Assembly (NCBI RefSeq): GCF_009914755.1
Contig: NC_060932.1
DNA length: 64,000 nucleotides
Reading direction: 5' to 3' (one strand)
DNA from: the human T2T-CHM13v2.0 reference genome, Homo sapiens
Within the stretch, counting starts at the first letter, position 1. Each line of letters begins with the position of its first letter. Below are positions 1-12,670 of the stretch, piece by piece. The notes under the pieces were generated by a model. That model saw nothing but the letters and a program-made list of their open reading frames with translations. It had not been told where the DNA came from and did no database searches. The translations under genes were made by a program, and so were the position numbers.

Positions 1-160
1 AAGATTTATTTTATTTCACTTTTTAAAAATGTGGTCTATAAAAAGTCAAATTTTGGTAGAATTGGGAAATTTTTCATATGGGCTAGAAAACAGATGATAT
101 TAGCAGATGAGTGCTGAATTATTTGGGATAAATGCAGTGATACATGAAACTGAATTTTCT

Positions 161-449
161 TTTTTTTTTTCTTTCTTTTTTTGAGACAAAGTCTTGCTCT
201 GTTGCCTAGGCTAGAGTGCAGTGACACGATTTCGGCTCACTGCAACCTCCGCTTACCATGTTCAAGCAATTCCCCTTCCTCAGCCTCCTGAATAGCTAAG
301 ATTACAGGCGTGTGCCAACATGCCCAGTTATTTTTTGTATATTTAGTAGAGACAGAGTTTCACCATGTTGACCAGGCTGGTCTTGAGCTCCTGACCTCGT
401 GATCTGCCTGCCTTGGCCTCCCAAACTGCTGGAATCACCGTGCCCAGCC
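161..449 (-). mobile_element. Alu (AluS, Sg/Sx-like), near full length
   Basis: Poly-T then GAGACAAAGTCTTGCTCTGTTGCC...CCTGACCTCGTGATC...GTGCCCAGCC; flanked by TSD-like AACTGAATTT(T)CT at 148-160 and 453-464; small deletion near the Alu 5' end. Confidence 0.95.
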
Positions 450-493
450 CGCAACTGAATTTCTTATGAGTCATCAAAGGAGTGAGGGAGGGA

Positions 494-524
494 GTGTGTG
501 TGTGTGTGTGTGTGGGGGGGGGGG
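494..524. repeat. (GT)n microsatellite followed by G run
   Basis: About 10 GT units followed directly by a run of about 11 G. Confidence 0.9.
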
Positions 525-890
525 TTGTGTACGTGTATATGTAAAATAATCATTTGTTAACCAACTTTAAATCAGGGAGTGCTTATGCTGGTTTTATTGT
601 GTTATTCTTTCTAGTATTCCATCTATTTGAATTTTTTTTCGTAAGGAAAGTTGAATAGTCTATTAGTTGCCATTGAGAAAAAAATATGTTTATTGAGGCT
701 AAATAGAAGCAGAAGTCCAATTGCCCATGTTTAAGGTCATCTGGGATCTTGAAGATATGGAGACAAAAAAAATGAAGTTTAATGTTAAATTGTGGGAATG
801 AAATATTACTCATCGAAGTAATATTATTGAAGGAAGGATATTTTTAAAGCCACAGTAAGGAAAATATGAATGCATCTTTATGTTTTTCAG

Positions 891-920
891 GATGGAATCC
901 CCTTGCAGGAAGAGGTGGAG
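891..920 (+). other. Candidate 30-nt cassette microexon (unverified)
   Basis: TGCATCTTTATGTTTTTCAG|GATGG...GTGGAG|GTATAA; purine-rich, stop-free in all three frames. Confidence 0.25.
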
Positions 921-2339
921 GTATAATAGAAAGGAAAATAATTTTTCAGGGTCAATTTCAGAATGTTCTAAGAAGGTTGGTGTGATTAGTAGTAGCGCAA
1001 GGAGATGCTGGTTACGTCTCAGAAGAGGAAGAGAATTGAATCAGTTCATTAGTTAAACTAAGTAACTCATTATTTATTTAACAGATATTTCTTGAGCATT
1101 TTCTTTGTAAGTACTGTGCTGGAGGATGAGGATTCTGTGGTAAATAAAACTGATAACAATGCTGACTGCAAAGAGTTTGCCATTTAATGGTGACTTCAGT
1201 CTTCTCAGATAATTGTAAATGAGGTCCTAGGTTGAAATTAACTGGTATGGAGATAGGAGCTAGGGGAGTGTAGTAGGGAATAAGCATGAAATATAGAAAG
1301 ATTCTAGAGCTGTAATGAGGAACTTGGCAAAATTAGCATTTGTTGTCACTTTAGTCAACACAGTTACATCACTTCTCTAGGAACACTTAGCCTGTAATCT
1401 GAATGGGTTAAGGAAACAGTTGAGGATTACTTGGTTAGAGACTAGAAAGGCATCCACTTTGTGTAAAACAAAGTGAGGAGCTTTCCAGAGGTAGTGGATA
1501 TGAAGATATAAATAAATCTGGGCTGAGAAAGAGAGCAAGGGCAGCTCTACGAGATGAACAGAATAAGAACTGGTAAGATTTGAAAGCCTGAAGAGCAGGA
1601 TGAAAATGAATAGCAGACTCACTAATTTTAATAGAATGAGAGTAGTGCAAGGATGGATAGGTTTGGTCAGAAAAGACTATTGTATTTCTAGCGTTTGACA
1701 GTGGAACATCGTCAAATGGTGAATAAATTTTAGAGTATGGTAAAGCATGTGGCTAAGAAAGGAAGACACTGCTGATTTTGAGAAGTTAAGATATTGTGAG
1801 GTGAAGCTGAGTATTAAAAGTGTAATTTTGAAAACGTGATTTAAAAAACCTGTAACAGGATGACAAGTGAGGAGGTGGAAAGGAAAACTATAAATGTATC
1901 AAAAGTATCAGTGATATTTTTAGAGCTTTACAATCAACTAAGACCAAAACAGATTTTTTTTTTTCATTTGTGACTTCTAGGACTTTAGTCCTTTCTTTGG
2001 AACATTTTGAAGGAAGCTATAGATATGTAATGTGTTTGTGTATCTTGCTTACATTTGAAAAGAATTTTCAGTTACTACAGAAATAAATTCTGCAGTGGAT
2101 ACAGCAATGCAACCCTTTGTAAGGAAGTCTCTTTTCAAAACCAAGGAAATGAATATAGGATCCTATAATTAAGTATAACAGTGAATGATTCAGATTGAAA
2201 AGAAAGCTATGGAGTATTTGTTAATACATTTTTATTAACATCAGAAGTCCAGATAGCAGGTATATAGCTATATTTACTGCTAGTTCTGTTGCTGCTGCTC
2301 TGTTGAGATCTCATTCTATTTATGAATCAACATTCTGGA

Positions 2340-2545
2340 CCAGACTGACTGAGAAATGCTTAGTCAGATAGAGCCTCATCTTTGCAACACTAGGAGAGTA
2401 TATTACCATAGATAATAATATTTAGGAGAAAAGAGAGGATCAGACAGTTGACTTGTTAAATGTCTTCTTGCTATTAAATGGCTGAGTAAAGATCTGAACC
2501 CAGGAGTTTTTGGCTTCACAACTTGAATGTGGACTACTGTATTTT
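2340..2545 (-). mobile_element. MIR relic
   Basis: Degenerate antisense MIR core (...TTTTAGGAGAAAAGAGAGGATCAGACAGTTGACTTG...GATCTGAACCCAGGAGTTTTTGGCTTC). Confidence 0.5.
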
Positions 2546-2851
2546 GTTCAACAGATGGAAAAAAGGAGATACTTTGATTGGTACAGCAATAGGTCAGCAA
2601 CATTTGTCCAATAAAATAGACACGCTCACATAATTAATGCCCTCACAATAGCTCCCTCTGCACAGCATGTTAAAAACACACAATGCTTACATTTAGAACT
2701 GTAGTGCAATTGATTCTGATTCTAGCCCCTCTTTTCAGAGTCTTCCATAATGTCTCTTCTGTGGGCATAATGGGTGAGAATTTCAACAATTGTTTGTATA
2801 TTTAGACAATATTTGTCGGGGATCTATTATATGTAAGTCACTGTATTTGGG

Positions 2852-3090
<239 letters not shown>

Positions 3091-3954
3091 TTACCCTCCT
3101 GAATAGACAGTTTTCAGGAAAAGGAAATGCTTTATGTGAAAAGTGACAATGCATAAAGTTATGACTATTAAGAAAAGTAAAGATGATTGCTTGTAGTTCT
3201 TTGGGTTATTAAGGCACTTGAACAAACTAGCATGCAATTTCTTTCTCCCCTTTCTAGTGACTTGGTGAGTCCTCAGGTTGGGAGATTATGTATTACTCTC
3301 GTTCCATTGTATTCCAAAGCCAGGAATGTATGACAGTGTAGAGAAGAGGTGTGTAGACAAAAAAGTAAAGGGGGCCAAGTGAGAGGAACAACAGCAACAA
3401 AAAGATTTAGAGCAAATTGTCTGGAAAAAAAACTGGAAGATGAAAGTAAATGGTGAAATTTTGAGGAAAATAGGAGAGAGTCAGGGTAGAGGTACAATTA
3501 ACATGAGTTTGCACCTTTGTATTTATCCTTATTTTATGCTTTAATATGAAGTCTATTGTTCAGGAGAGTGAAGTTTATCCTGGAATATATTGAGATTACT
3601 CAAAACTTCAAATAAACTTATTAGAAACTGTTAAGTACTATAAAATATATAAAATGAATTTAGAAAATATCTATGCTTTTAGATTTTTTACAATGGCTCT
3701 AATGATATAGCTTTATTGATAATTTAAAGTAGATTAGTGAACCAATAGTATGAAAATATTTTGTTTTATTCTGAACCCATTTCATCATGTATGCAATCTT
3801 TTTATTTCATAATTGCTGGATCTTTTTCCCTGTTCTAGTCCTCCCACTGGACAGTGGTACAACTTAAAAGAAAAAGGGAAGCGTGGAAGAGGGGAGAAAG
3901 GAAATGGAAGAGAAAGAAGGAGGTCAACAATAGCCATGAACAAGCTTTCTCTAG

Positions 3955-4256
3955 ATCACTGTTCAAAAGAAACGATGCAAGTCATGCAAGCCAGCCACAT
4001 ATGTAACTGTAAATTTTCTAAAAGACATATTAAAAAAGTTAAAAAGTGAAACAGCTGAAATTAATTTTCATAAAGATTTTATGTAGCTCAGTGTATCAAA
4101 AATTATTTTAACATGTAACCAATATAAAATTACTTTTAAAATATTCTGTTTTTTGTGCTAAGTCTTTGATATCTAGTTTGTATTGTATACTTAACAGCAC
4201 AGAACAGCCACATTTCAGGAGCTCACAGGCCAGTGGCTATCACATAGAACAGTGCA
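3955..4256 (+). mobile_element. MER33 (hAT-Charlie DNA transposon relic)
   Basis: GCCACATATGTAACTGTAAATTTTCTA...AAACAGCTGAAATTAATTTT...AGCCACATTTCAGGAGCTCA...GTGGCTA follows the MER33 consensus. Confidence 0.85.
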
Positions 4257-5253
4257 AATATAGAGTGTTCATAGAGGCTTCAGGGCTATGTCATGTTTTC
4301 AAACTCCTTTTGGCATTTGTTCCTTATCGGAGATTATCCAAGATAGATTTTTTAAATACTCTCTGATCATTTCAATTTCAGCTTTCACTTTTTATTAAAT
4401 CCTAAATAGAAATCCATTGAAGTTCATATTTGCCAAAAAGTTATCCCAAAATATGGTCCCATTGACTAAGAAATATTAAATTTATCTTGATACTTATTGT
4501 TCTTCAGGAGCAAGATGGCCACTTTTACTAAATTTGCTCTTTCAGTCTACTCATTTGTTATTTGGCCCTGGAGGTAAGGAAATAATGCAATTGTCAGAAA
4601 TTGGTAACATCTTCATAGGATAGGCTTCTATATTAGTGGTATTTGCCTAACACCTAATTTAATGAGAACTATCCATGGCCTTGCAGAGAATCACTCATTA
4701 TTTTAAAAACAGAATGATATACTTAACATGTAAATTTGCTAACAGATTTAACACCAATTGAATACCAACTTAGTTTCAGAAGTTATTTGAAAACATAATA
4801 GAAAATCCTGTATCTAGTTATCTGTTTCCTGCATTTTCGAAGTCCATAAATGTGGAAAATCAAGAGGCTTATATACTGTGAAACCCCGCAATCTACACAG
4901 CCTCATTTTCTTCCCCACATTCTTTTCTTCTTATCAGACCAGTTTCTTCTGAGTCTCACATGTTTTCTAATATGGAGTTAAAGACATGTTTACCCATTTT
5001 TAGGTCCTGACTTTCATACAAAGAAGATAATCCTACAACTTCTAACCTTCCATTTTTACATCCTATTTACATTTTTGAGATGAATGGTGATAATAAAGAT
5101 ATTAACAACCACCAAAACAACCAACACTTATTTAGTATTTAGCATGTATCAGGTGTTGTCCTCCAAACCATTGCTTTATTTTTCTACTTCCCCTTGATCT
5201 CCATCCATTGAGCTCCAGAAGATGAGACTATCTAAGTATGAAACTTATTTTGG

Positions 5254-5410
5254 GGCCGGGCGCGGTGGCTCACGCCTGTAATCCGAGCTCTCAGGGAGGC
5301 AAGAGGCGGGAGGATAGCTTGAGCCCAGGAGTTCGAGACTGCCTGGGCAATATAGCGAGACCCCATTCTCCAGAAAAAGGAAAAAAAAAAAAAGACAAAA
5401 AAAATAAGCG
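5254..5410 (+). pseudogene. BC200 (BCYRN1) RNA retrocopy, 3'-truncated, no added poly(A) tail
   Basis: BC200-diagnostic segments AGCTCTCAGGGAGGC, GGATAGCTTGAGCCCAGG, GCCTGGGCAATATAGCGAGACCCC and TTCTCCAGAAAAAGGAAAA...GACAAAAAAAATAAGCG; perfect 14-bp TSD GAAACTTATTTTGG (5240-5253, 5410-5423). Confidence 0.93.
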
Positions 5411-5479
5411 AAACTTATTTTGGATTATTTATCAATACCTGAAATTTTATTTCACTCTTTTTTGTTTGTTTGTTTTCTT

Positions 5480-5610
5480 GTTTGATGCCTTCTTCTCCCA
5501 TTAGGCGATAGCTTTATGACAATACAGTTTATCTTAATGATGATTTCCAGTACCTAGACAGTACCTGGCACACAGGAAGCACTCAATAAACCTTTTTGAA
5601 TTAATTAATT
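5480..5610 (+). mobile_element. L2 3' end fragment
   Basis: TCCAGTACCTAGACAGTACCTGGCACACAGGAAGCACTCAATAAA is the typical L2/MIR shared tail. Confidence 0.7.
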
Positions 5611-5957
5611 AGTGAAGTAGTTCCTCACTGATGTTTTACTGCACTTGAACTCTTTTCTAGATATTTTCAATATCTATGTACACACTCTTTAGTAGGATGT
5701 AGGTAGAAACTGAAAAGAAAAGATTTTTGAGGAACTTTCACTACAATTCATGACAATTATCTCTAAAAATGTGAAAAGGAAAACATAATTTCTCCAGCAT
5801 GAAGGAGAAAGGACGTAACTGCTAAGAGCATATGTGTACTGAAATGATAATTTGTCTTAACAGTTATTCTACATTTGTAGAGGGCTTTATCATTCAAACA
5901 TATTCATATACATTTTAATTTTATTCTCACTGCTTCATTTCTGAATGTTGAAATTTA

Positions 5958-7452
5958 TTTGTATTTATTTATTAATTTTTTATTTTGTGGGTACATGATA
6001 GGTGTATCTATTTATGAGGTCCATGAGATGTTTTGATACAGGCCGGCAATGCATAACAATCACATCATGGAAAATGTGATATCCATCCCCTCAAGCATTT
6101 ACCCTTTGTGTTACAAACAATCCAATGATACCCTTTGGCATTATTTAAACATGTGCAATTAAATTATTATTGATTATAGTCACCTTGTTGTGCTATCAAA
6201 TACTAGGTCTTATTCAGTCATTCCATTTTTTGTACCTATTAATCATCCCCACCTCCCTGCCACCCTTCCCAGCCTTTAGTAATCATGCTTCCACTCCCTA
6301 TCTCCATGAGTTTGGGGACGTTTGGATCCCCAGAATAAGTAAGAATATGCAACATTGATCTTTCTGTGCCTATCTTACTTCGTTTAACATAATGGCCTCC
6401 AGTTCCATCCATGTTGTTGCAAATGACAGGAACTCATTCTTTTCTGTGTCTGAATAGTACTCCATTGTGAAGTAGATAGTATGTTTTCTTTATCCATTTA
6501 TCTGTTGATGGACACTTTGGTTGCTTCCAAATCTTGGCTGTTGTGAACAGTGCTGCAACATAGGAGTGCAGCTATCTCTTTGATATACTAATCTTCTTTC
6601 TTTTGGGTATATACTCCAGAGTGGGATTTCGGGATTATGTGGTAGCTTTGTTTTTAGTTTTTTTGAGGAACCTCCAAACCGTTTTCCATAGTGGTTGTAC
6701 TAATTTACATTCCCACCAACAGTATACAAGGGTTCCCTTTTCTCCATATCCTCGCCAACATTTGTTATTGCCTGGCTTTTGGATGTAAGTCATTTTACCT
6801 GGGATGAGATGATATCTCATTGTCTTTTCGATGTGCATTTCTCTGTGCATTACTCTGATGATCGGTGATGATCGGTGACCTTTTCATATGCCTGTTTTCT
6901 TCTTTTGAGAAATGTCTATTCAAATATTTTGTCCATTTTAAAAATCAGATTATTAGATTCCTTCCTATAGAGTTGTTTGAGCTCCTTATAAATTCTGGTT
7001 ATTAATCTTTTGTCAGATGGGCAATTTGCAATTTTCTTCCAATCTATGAGTTGTCTCCTCACTTTGTTGATTGTTTCCTTTGCTATGCAGAAGCTTTTTA
7101 ACTTGATGTGATCCCATTTGTCCATTTTTGCTTTAATTTGTTATGCTCGTAGGATATTACTCAATAATTTTTTGCCCAGACCAATGTCCTGGAGAGTTTC
7201 CCCAATACTTTGTTGTAGTAGTTTCATAGTTTGAGGTCTTAGATTTAAGCCTGTAATCCATATTCATTTGATTTTTGTATATGGCATGAGATGGTTGTCT
7301 AGTTTCATTCTTCTGCATATGGGTATCCAGTTTTCCCAGCACCATTTATTAAAGAAACTGTCTTTTCCCCAATGCATGTTCTTGGCACCTTTGTCGAAAA
7401 TGCGTTCACTCTAGGTGTGTGAATTTATTTCTGAGTTCTCTATGCTGTTCCA
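5958..7452 (-). mobile_element. L1 (L1MA1-3-like), 5'-truncated: 3' UTR plus end of ORF2
   Basis: Antisense L1MA 3' UTR (GTGGGTACATGATAGGTGTAT...CATCCCCTCAAGCATTTA); minus-strand ORF fragments resemble L1 ORF2 ([24 protein letters not shown]); perfect TSD AATGTTGAAATTTA at 5944-5957 and 7453-7466. Confidence 0.95.
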
Positions 7453-9169
7453 AATGTTGAAATTTAATCTCAGAGGTGAAGTGACTCAGTCTGCTTACCT
7501 AGTAAATGTCATGGAAAGAACTTATCTCTGCCAATTGCATTGGAAGGTAATAGTGTAGCCTGGGAGTTCTGTAGATCCTCTAATTTAATTTTAGTCAGCT
7601 ATTTGGAATAGTTTGAAAATCCCAGTACTTATTATGTAATTTTGGGTGCTTCTTATTACATTTATGATAAGCAATTCAAAATATTATATATTCTTATGAT
7701 TCAACCTGAAACCAAAGTTTTCTGCTTTTACTCGTTTGAGCTTCTGTAACAGTATTAGTGTAGCATGAGATTCTAATGGTTATCATGAACAGTTAAACTG
7801 TTACCATTTACAAATACTTAATTATATTGATAAGAATTTTCGAAATACAGTACACTAAACAAAATAAATACATTGGATGCTGAGACTGATATAGGATAGC
7901 AGTGATGATCAGTGGACTCCAGATACAAAGCTTTGTGTTCATCAAAGCAAACGTCATTTCAGGTATTGATTAACTTTAAAATAGAGTTTCACAAATGTAA
8001 ATTAAAAAGTAATTTTAAGATAGAAGTTACTACTTATATCTAATTTAGGATATTTTATATAGATTTTCATTAAAAGGAAGTGTCCTAAGACTAAATACAT
8101 TTTAAAATCATTTCCTTCATGCAGTTTTTGCTAAGAATTTTAACTATTTGCAAATAAGAGTATCTTAAAATAATTTTAACTGTTAACTAAACCACAACAG
8201 TTTTGACATTTGTTGCTTGAAAAGTGTAGATACTTTTCTATCTATATTAATTAAAGCTTGAACAAATAGGATTAATATTTATTTAAAAGATGATCTTGGT
8301 GATGTATTTTAACAGTTTCTTGGGCTATTTTGCAAATAGTTTGTGAGTGTAAAATTAAAAGGCTTGAAAATGCATTCCTACTTTTAATGGGGGGATGGGA
8401 TGACAATTGTGTTTTTAAGGTTGAATAATCACTGGTTTATGGCACTTAACTCTTTTACTAGTTCACAAACTATGAGTATATTGTTTACATTAATTTAAGC
8501 AATGCATTATGTTCACATTATTTCATGAATGTTTTAGTGTAGTTATCCAACAAATATTTCATGAAAATTCATTTTTTTATCCTTCTGTGTGTCACAAGGC
8601 ATTATATAATGTATAAGAATGGAGCTTACAGTGCAGAAGGAGCTGATGGTGATAAATTTCACAAGTAAAAATAAAGTTCAGGGTTAAGATAGTATCTTAT
8701 TCTCTATTAAATCAGAGGATTAACCTTCCTATGCATTTCCAGCTACAAAATGTGACCCATGATGAGGTGAGTGAAGTCAAATCAGCTTTTCAAGACTATA
8801 TGTAAAATAACATGAATAGAAAGAAATACTTCAAATTTATAGAATGTTAATCTGTATAGTCTTTGAGGTTAAATTGATTTAGTATCTTTGACTAAAACTT
8901 ATGAATCAGTGAGAATTTGATGGGGAAATATGAGCATGTAATTTCGATCCATCATCTATCTTTATTTGTTGGTTTAGAGCTAAGCATATGTCAGTATTCC
9001 CAGTATAGGTCTTTCAAGGTATGTCTCTGTATGTAAGGGTAATATAACCTTGTGAGTATGAGTATGAGTGTGAGTGTGTGTGGAGAAATCAATTGCTTAT
9101 TAATAGCTTTAGGAAATGGTATTAGTTATTTAGTTGCCTAATTGGGGGAGTAGTTTTCATTCATTTTGC

Positions 9170-9472
9170 TTTTCTTTTTTTTTTTTCAAGACAGAGTCTC
9201 ACTGTCATCCAGTCTGGAGTGCAGTGTGGCATGATCATGGCTCATTGTAATCTTGAACTCCTGAGCATAAGGGATCCTCTTGCTTTAGCCTCTCTAGTAG
9301 CTGGGGCTGCAGGTGTGTGCCACCATGACCAGCTGATTTTTTATCTTATTTTTTGTAGAGACAGAGTTTCACTATGTTGCTCAGGTTAGTCTCGAACTCC
9401 TGACCTCAAGCGATTCTCCCACCTCAGCCTCCCAAAGCACTGGTATAAAAAGTGTGAACCACTGTTCGCAGC
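9170..9472 (-). mobile_element. AluJ
   Basis: Diverged Alu with J diagnostics (ATGATCATGGCTCA, CTTGAACTCCTGAGC, TTTTTGTAGAGAC, CTATGTTGC). Confidence 0.9.
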
Positions 9473-9974
9473 TAGCATATTTATTTGATACTATGTCTCT
9501 TTGTCCCTAAAAGATAAATGATATGTATTACATTTAAGTAAATTATATTATGTCATAGATTTCCTTTTTTTATATCCAACCCTCACAACAGGTGTTAGGA
9601 TTTTAATGGTTATACAGCATTCCATTGTAATAATGTACTTTGTCATGCCCCATTGTGAATATTTTAGTTGGTTCTTTTTTCACTTTCTTTTCATTGCTAT
9701 TTTGAATAATGAGTATTTCCATACACTTTTTGTGGTTATTTTACTGTAATATTGCAGTTTTGTATGCACTTTTATTTTATATGAATTTATAGACTTAATT
9801 TATATTTTTGGTTTAAAAAAAAAAAATAAAGCCTAGCTCTTCACCTAGTCTTCATCTAAAGGACTTTACCTTCTTACCTAACACTGGTAGAGAAACTGGC
9901 TGGGTTAGATTTACTTAAAGATGATATAAAACATATAAAATCATGTATAAGTATTATATGATCTATTGAAGGGA

Positions 9975-10278
9975 TTTTTTTTTTTTTTTTTTTTTTTTGA
10001 GACAAGTCTTGCTCTGTCGCCTAGGCTGGAGTGTAGCGGTGCAATCTTGGCTCACTGCAACCTCCGCCTCCCGGGTTCAAGCAATTCTCTGCCTCAGCCT
10101 CCCGAGTGGCTGGGATTACAGGTGCCCACCACCACGCCCAGCTAATTTTTTTGTATTTTTAGTAGAGACGGGGTTTCACTATCTTGGCCAGGCTGGTCTT
10201 GAATTCCTGACTTTGTGATCCACCCACCTTGGCCTCCCAAAGTGCTGGGATTACAGGCGTGAGCCACCGTGCCCAGCC
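9975..10278 (-). mobile_element. Alu (AluSg-like), full length
   Basis: Long poly-T and complete dimer; TSD TGAAGGGATTTTT at 9967-9979 and 10280-10292. Confidence 0.96.
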
Positions 10279-12439
10279 CTGAAGGGATTTTTAGAAGTAA
10301 TTTTTATGTATCTTTCATGGTGACTTTAGACTCTAACCACTAGGAATTATGCTACAAAATTGCATTTTGTACAGTATTTTCCTGGTGTAGGCATGACATT
10401 TTGAACATTTACTTTAAAAACTTGCTAAATGTATTTTTTCATTAAATTTAAAATACTATAATGATTTCTTAATATTTTCAGTACGTACATGTATATTAGC
10501 TTTTGAGTACAAATAGTAACACATTTTTAGTAATTTATCATTCATAGGTGAAAATTGCTTGAAACCCATAACATAAAAACAGAATTACACAGGAACGGAG
10601 TAGAGAGATCAGTCCCTCATGTAGTTGTAAATTATTTCTAGCCACACAACAAAAGAATGTTAGTTATTCGCAAAGGAAAAAGAATGGAAATGAGAACTGT
10701 GCTTATGACATTATCACTCAAGTGGTTTGGGTTTCTTACTTACCATAAGGAGAGTGTTTGATAATGTGGAGCCTTTCTAGGGAAAAGGAGATGTAAAGTA
10801 CATTCTCCTTTTGAGTCCTGCAGAGTTGCCAGGATGACTAGTTTGTTGAAAAGAACCATTTGGTGTCCTTCCTTCTTTTCTTTCTTTCTTTTTTTTTTTT
10901 CTTCTCACTTGAGTGAATCACTATAGAATTCTGGAAAGTACAGGAAGAAAATGATAAATTTTCCCAGCAGATTTTTCTAAACTAATCTTAATGGAACTTT
11001 TCAAGTGCTTTTATTTAATTTACCCATGTGTTAAGTGGGGTGTTCTCCCATCATGTTGTTCATAGTGATAGTAAAAAGTGGTGCTGCTTAAAATATATTC
11101 TGTAGCCTGTTGGTTTCTGTTCTGAAACAAGAATTGAGATTTCCACAACAATTTTACAGAATAATTTCATGTTTCATTATATGTCTTTGTGTTTTCTCCC
11201 TCACTTTTCTAGTAATATATTTTCATTGTATTCTGTAAAATACTGGTTTGTGGTTGATTGGAAATGGAAAATGAGCTTCTCAAGTGCAATATAGATAGCT
11301 TGAGAAGTTCAGGTACAGAACACACACTGCATTTACACAGTTTTAGTTTTTCCTAGATTATATGCTTCTTAAAGATAGGTATTGTGAAATTCAGTCATTT
11401 ATTTATTCTCATATTCTGGCATTCATTCAATAATGCTATTGACATAGTGTTAGTCACTGATGCCCTGGATGAAAAAAACATCATCCCATTCTCAATGGAC
11501 TCAAAATATCCAGAGAGTATCTCACTATGATACTCTCTTATAGTGCTTATAGATTAAGTAAACATTCCTGGAATTGAATGTACTTCTTTAAATGTATGTG
11601 TGTGTGTGTATGTGTAATGTATATCATATATACTCAGTGTATAAGTTTTTTTGTTTTTTAAGCCCGTGGCATTCTGTGTAAATTGCCTAAATTTCAAAGT
11701 TAATCATCACATATAAATAATACTGAATTATTCCTATAGTTTAAGAATTCTGAATAAGAACACAGAAATATCATGTAGAGATTGATAGTCTCAGTAGTTT
11801 ACCCAAAAGATCTGAATAAATATTGGAATGATCTTTTAACAGGTTGACTCTAGCTCAGAAAAAAAAAATGAGAGGAAGAGCACCACAAAAATATATCTTT
11901 TTATCATTGGATTAAAATATCTAGAAAAACACTGATAAATAAAATCTATAAATAATATTCTGCCGTTGTCTTAAAATTTAAAAAATGGGGAATAAGGTAT
12001 TTTTTCTTTCTTACAAAGACTACACATATTTTGACCCAATCTGTTTCATGTTGAATGGAAACAAACTTGCATCATAACTGTGCATGTCATTACTGCCTGC
12101 TGGTTCTACCAGTATGCTTTTGCATATTCTTGATGAACAACAATATTACCTAAATCAAGTCACCCTGCTTTGTGTTCATCTGTTTGGTTTTTCTTGTTGT
12201 TGTTTCTACAAAAATGTTGTCTCACCATACTATGTTCCCCAAAGTACTGCTGTGATACTTTGCTCCTTTCTAATATTTGGTGAATTCCTAAATGTATCTA
12301 CTTTGTGCATGCCATATGTTCAACTGCTGTCTCCAATTTCATTATAAAGCTTATGTATTTATATAATCATTCCAAAAATAATTCACTCTGAAGACATAAT
12401 TTCAGTAAGCAGAGAGTGTTCAGCATTACTAAGTTAAAT

Positions 12440-12670
12440 AATATATAACACTTATTTGAATTCTTACTGTGGGCTAGGCATACAAAGTATGTGTATTTTT
12501 TCTCAAACAGTCCTCAGAGCTTTATTGTTTTTATTCCTATTTTATAGATGATAAACTGGAGGCTCACTGGGCCTATGCTTCTTGCCCAGGATGACAGGGC
12601 TAGTAACTAGCAGAGCTAAAACTTAAGCCCAGGTCTGATTCTGAAATCTTCTAACTCTGACCCACTAGAT
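12440..12670 (-). mobile_element. MIR
   Basis: CCTATTTTATAGATGATAAACTGGAGGCTCA...CTTGCCCAGGATGACAGGGCTAGTAA antisense MIR core. Confidence 0.8.

Noticed and set aside
5254-5410. The authentic BCYRN1 gene, or a plain FLAM/Alu monomer
   Set aside because: It lacks the unique C-rich 3' domain and sits between TSDs, so it is not the gene; BC200-specific positions argue against a generic FLAM
5238-5504. 88-aa ORF spanning the BC200 copy
   Set aside because: Alu-domain translation plus lysines from the A-rich tract; no independent coding evidence
6635-7345. L1 ORF2-like peptides as an active reverse transcriptase
   Set aside because: Fragmented across frames in a 1.5-kb 5'-truncated old L1; the same holds for 49684-50044
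7895-7962. Possible exon (DSSDDQWTPDTKLC...) ending in CAG|GTATTG, also containing a C-box-like GTGATGA
   Set aside because: No polypyrimidine tract before the AG; no CTGA D box or terminal stem for a snoRNA
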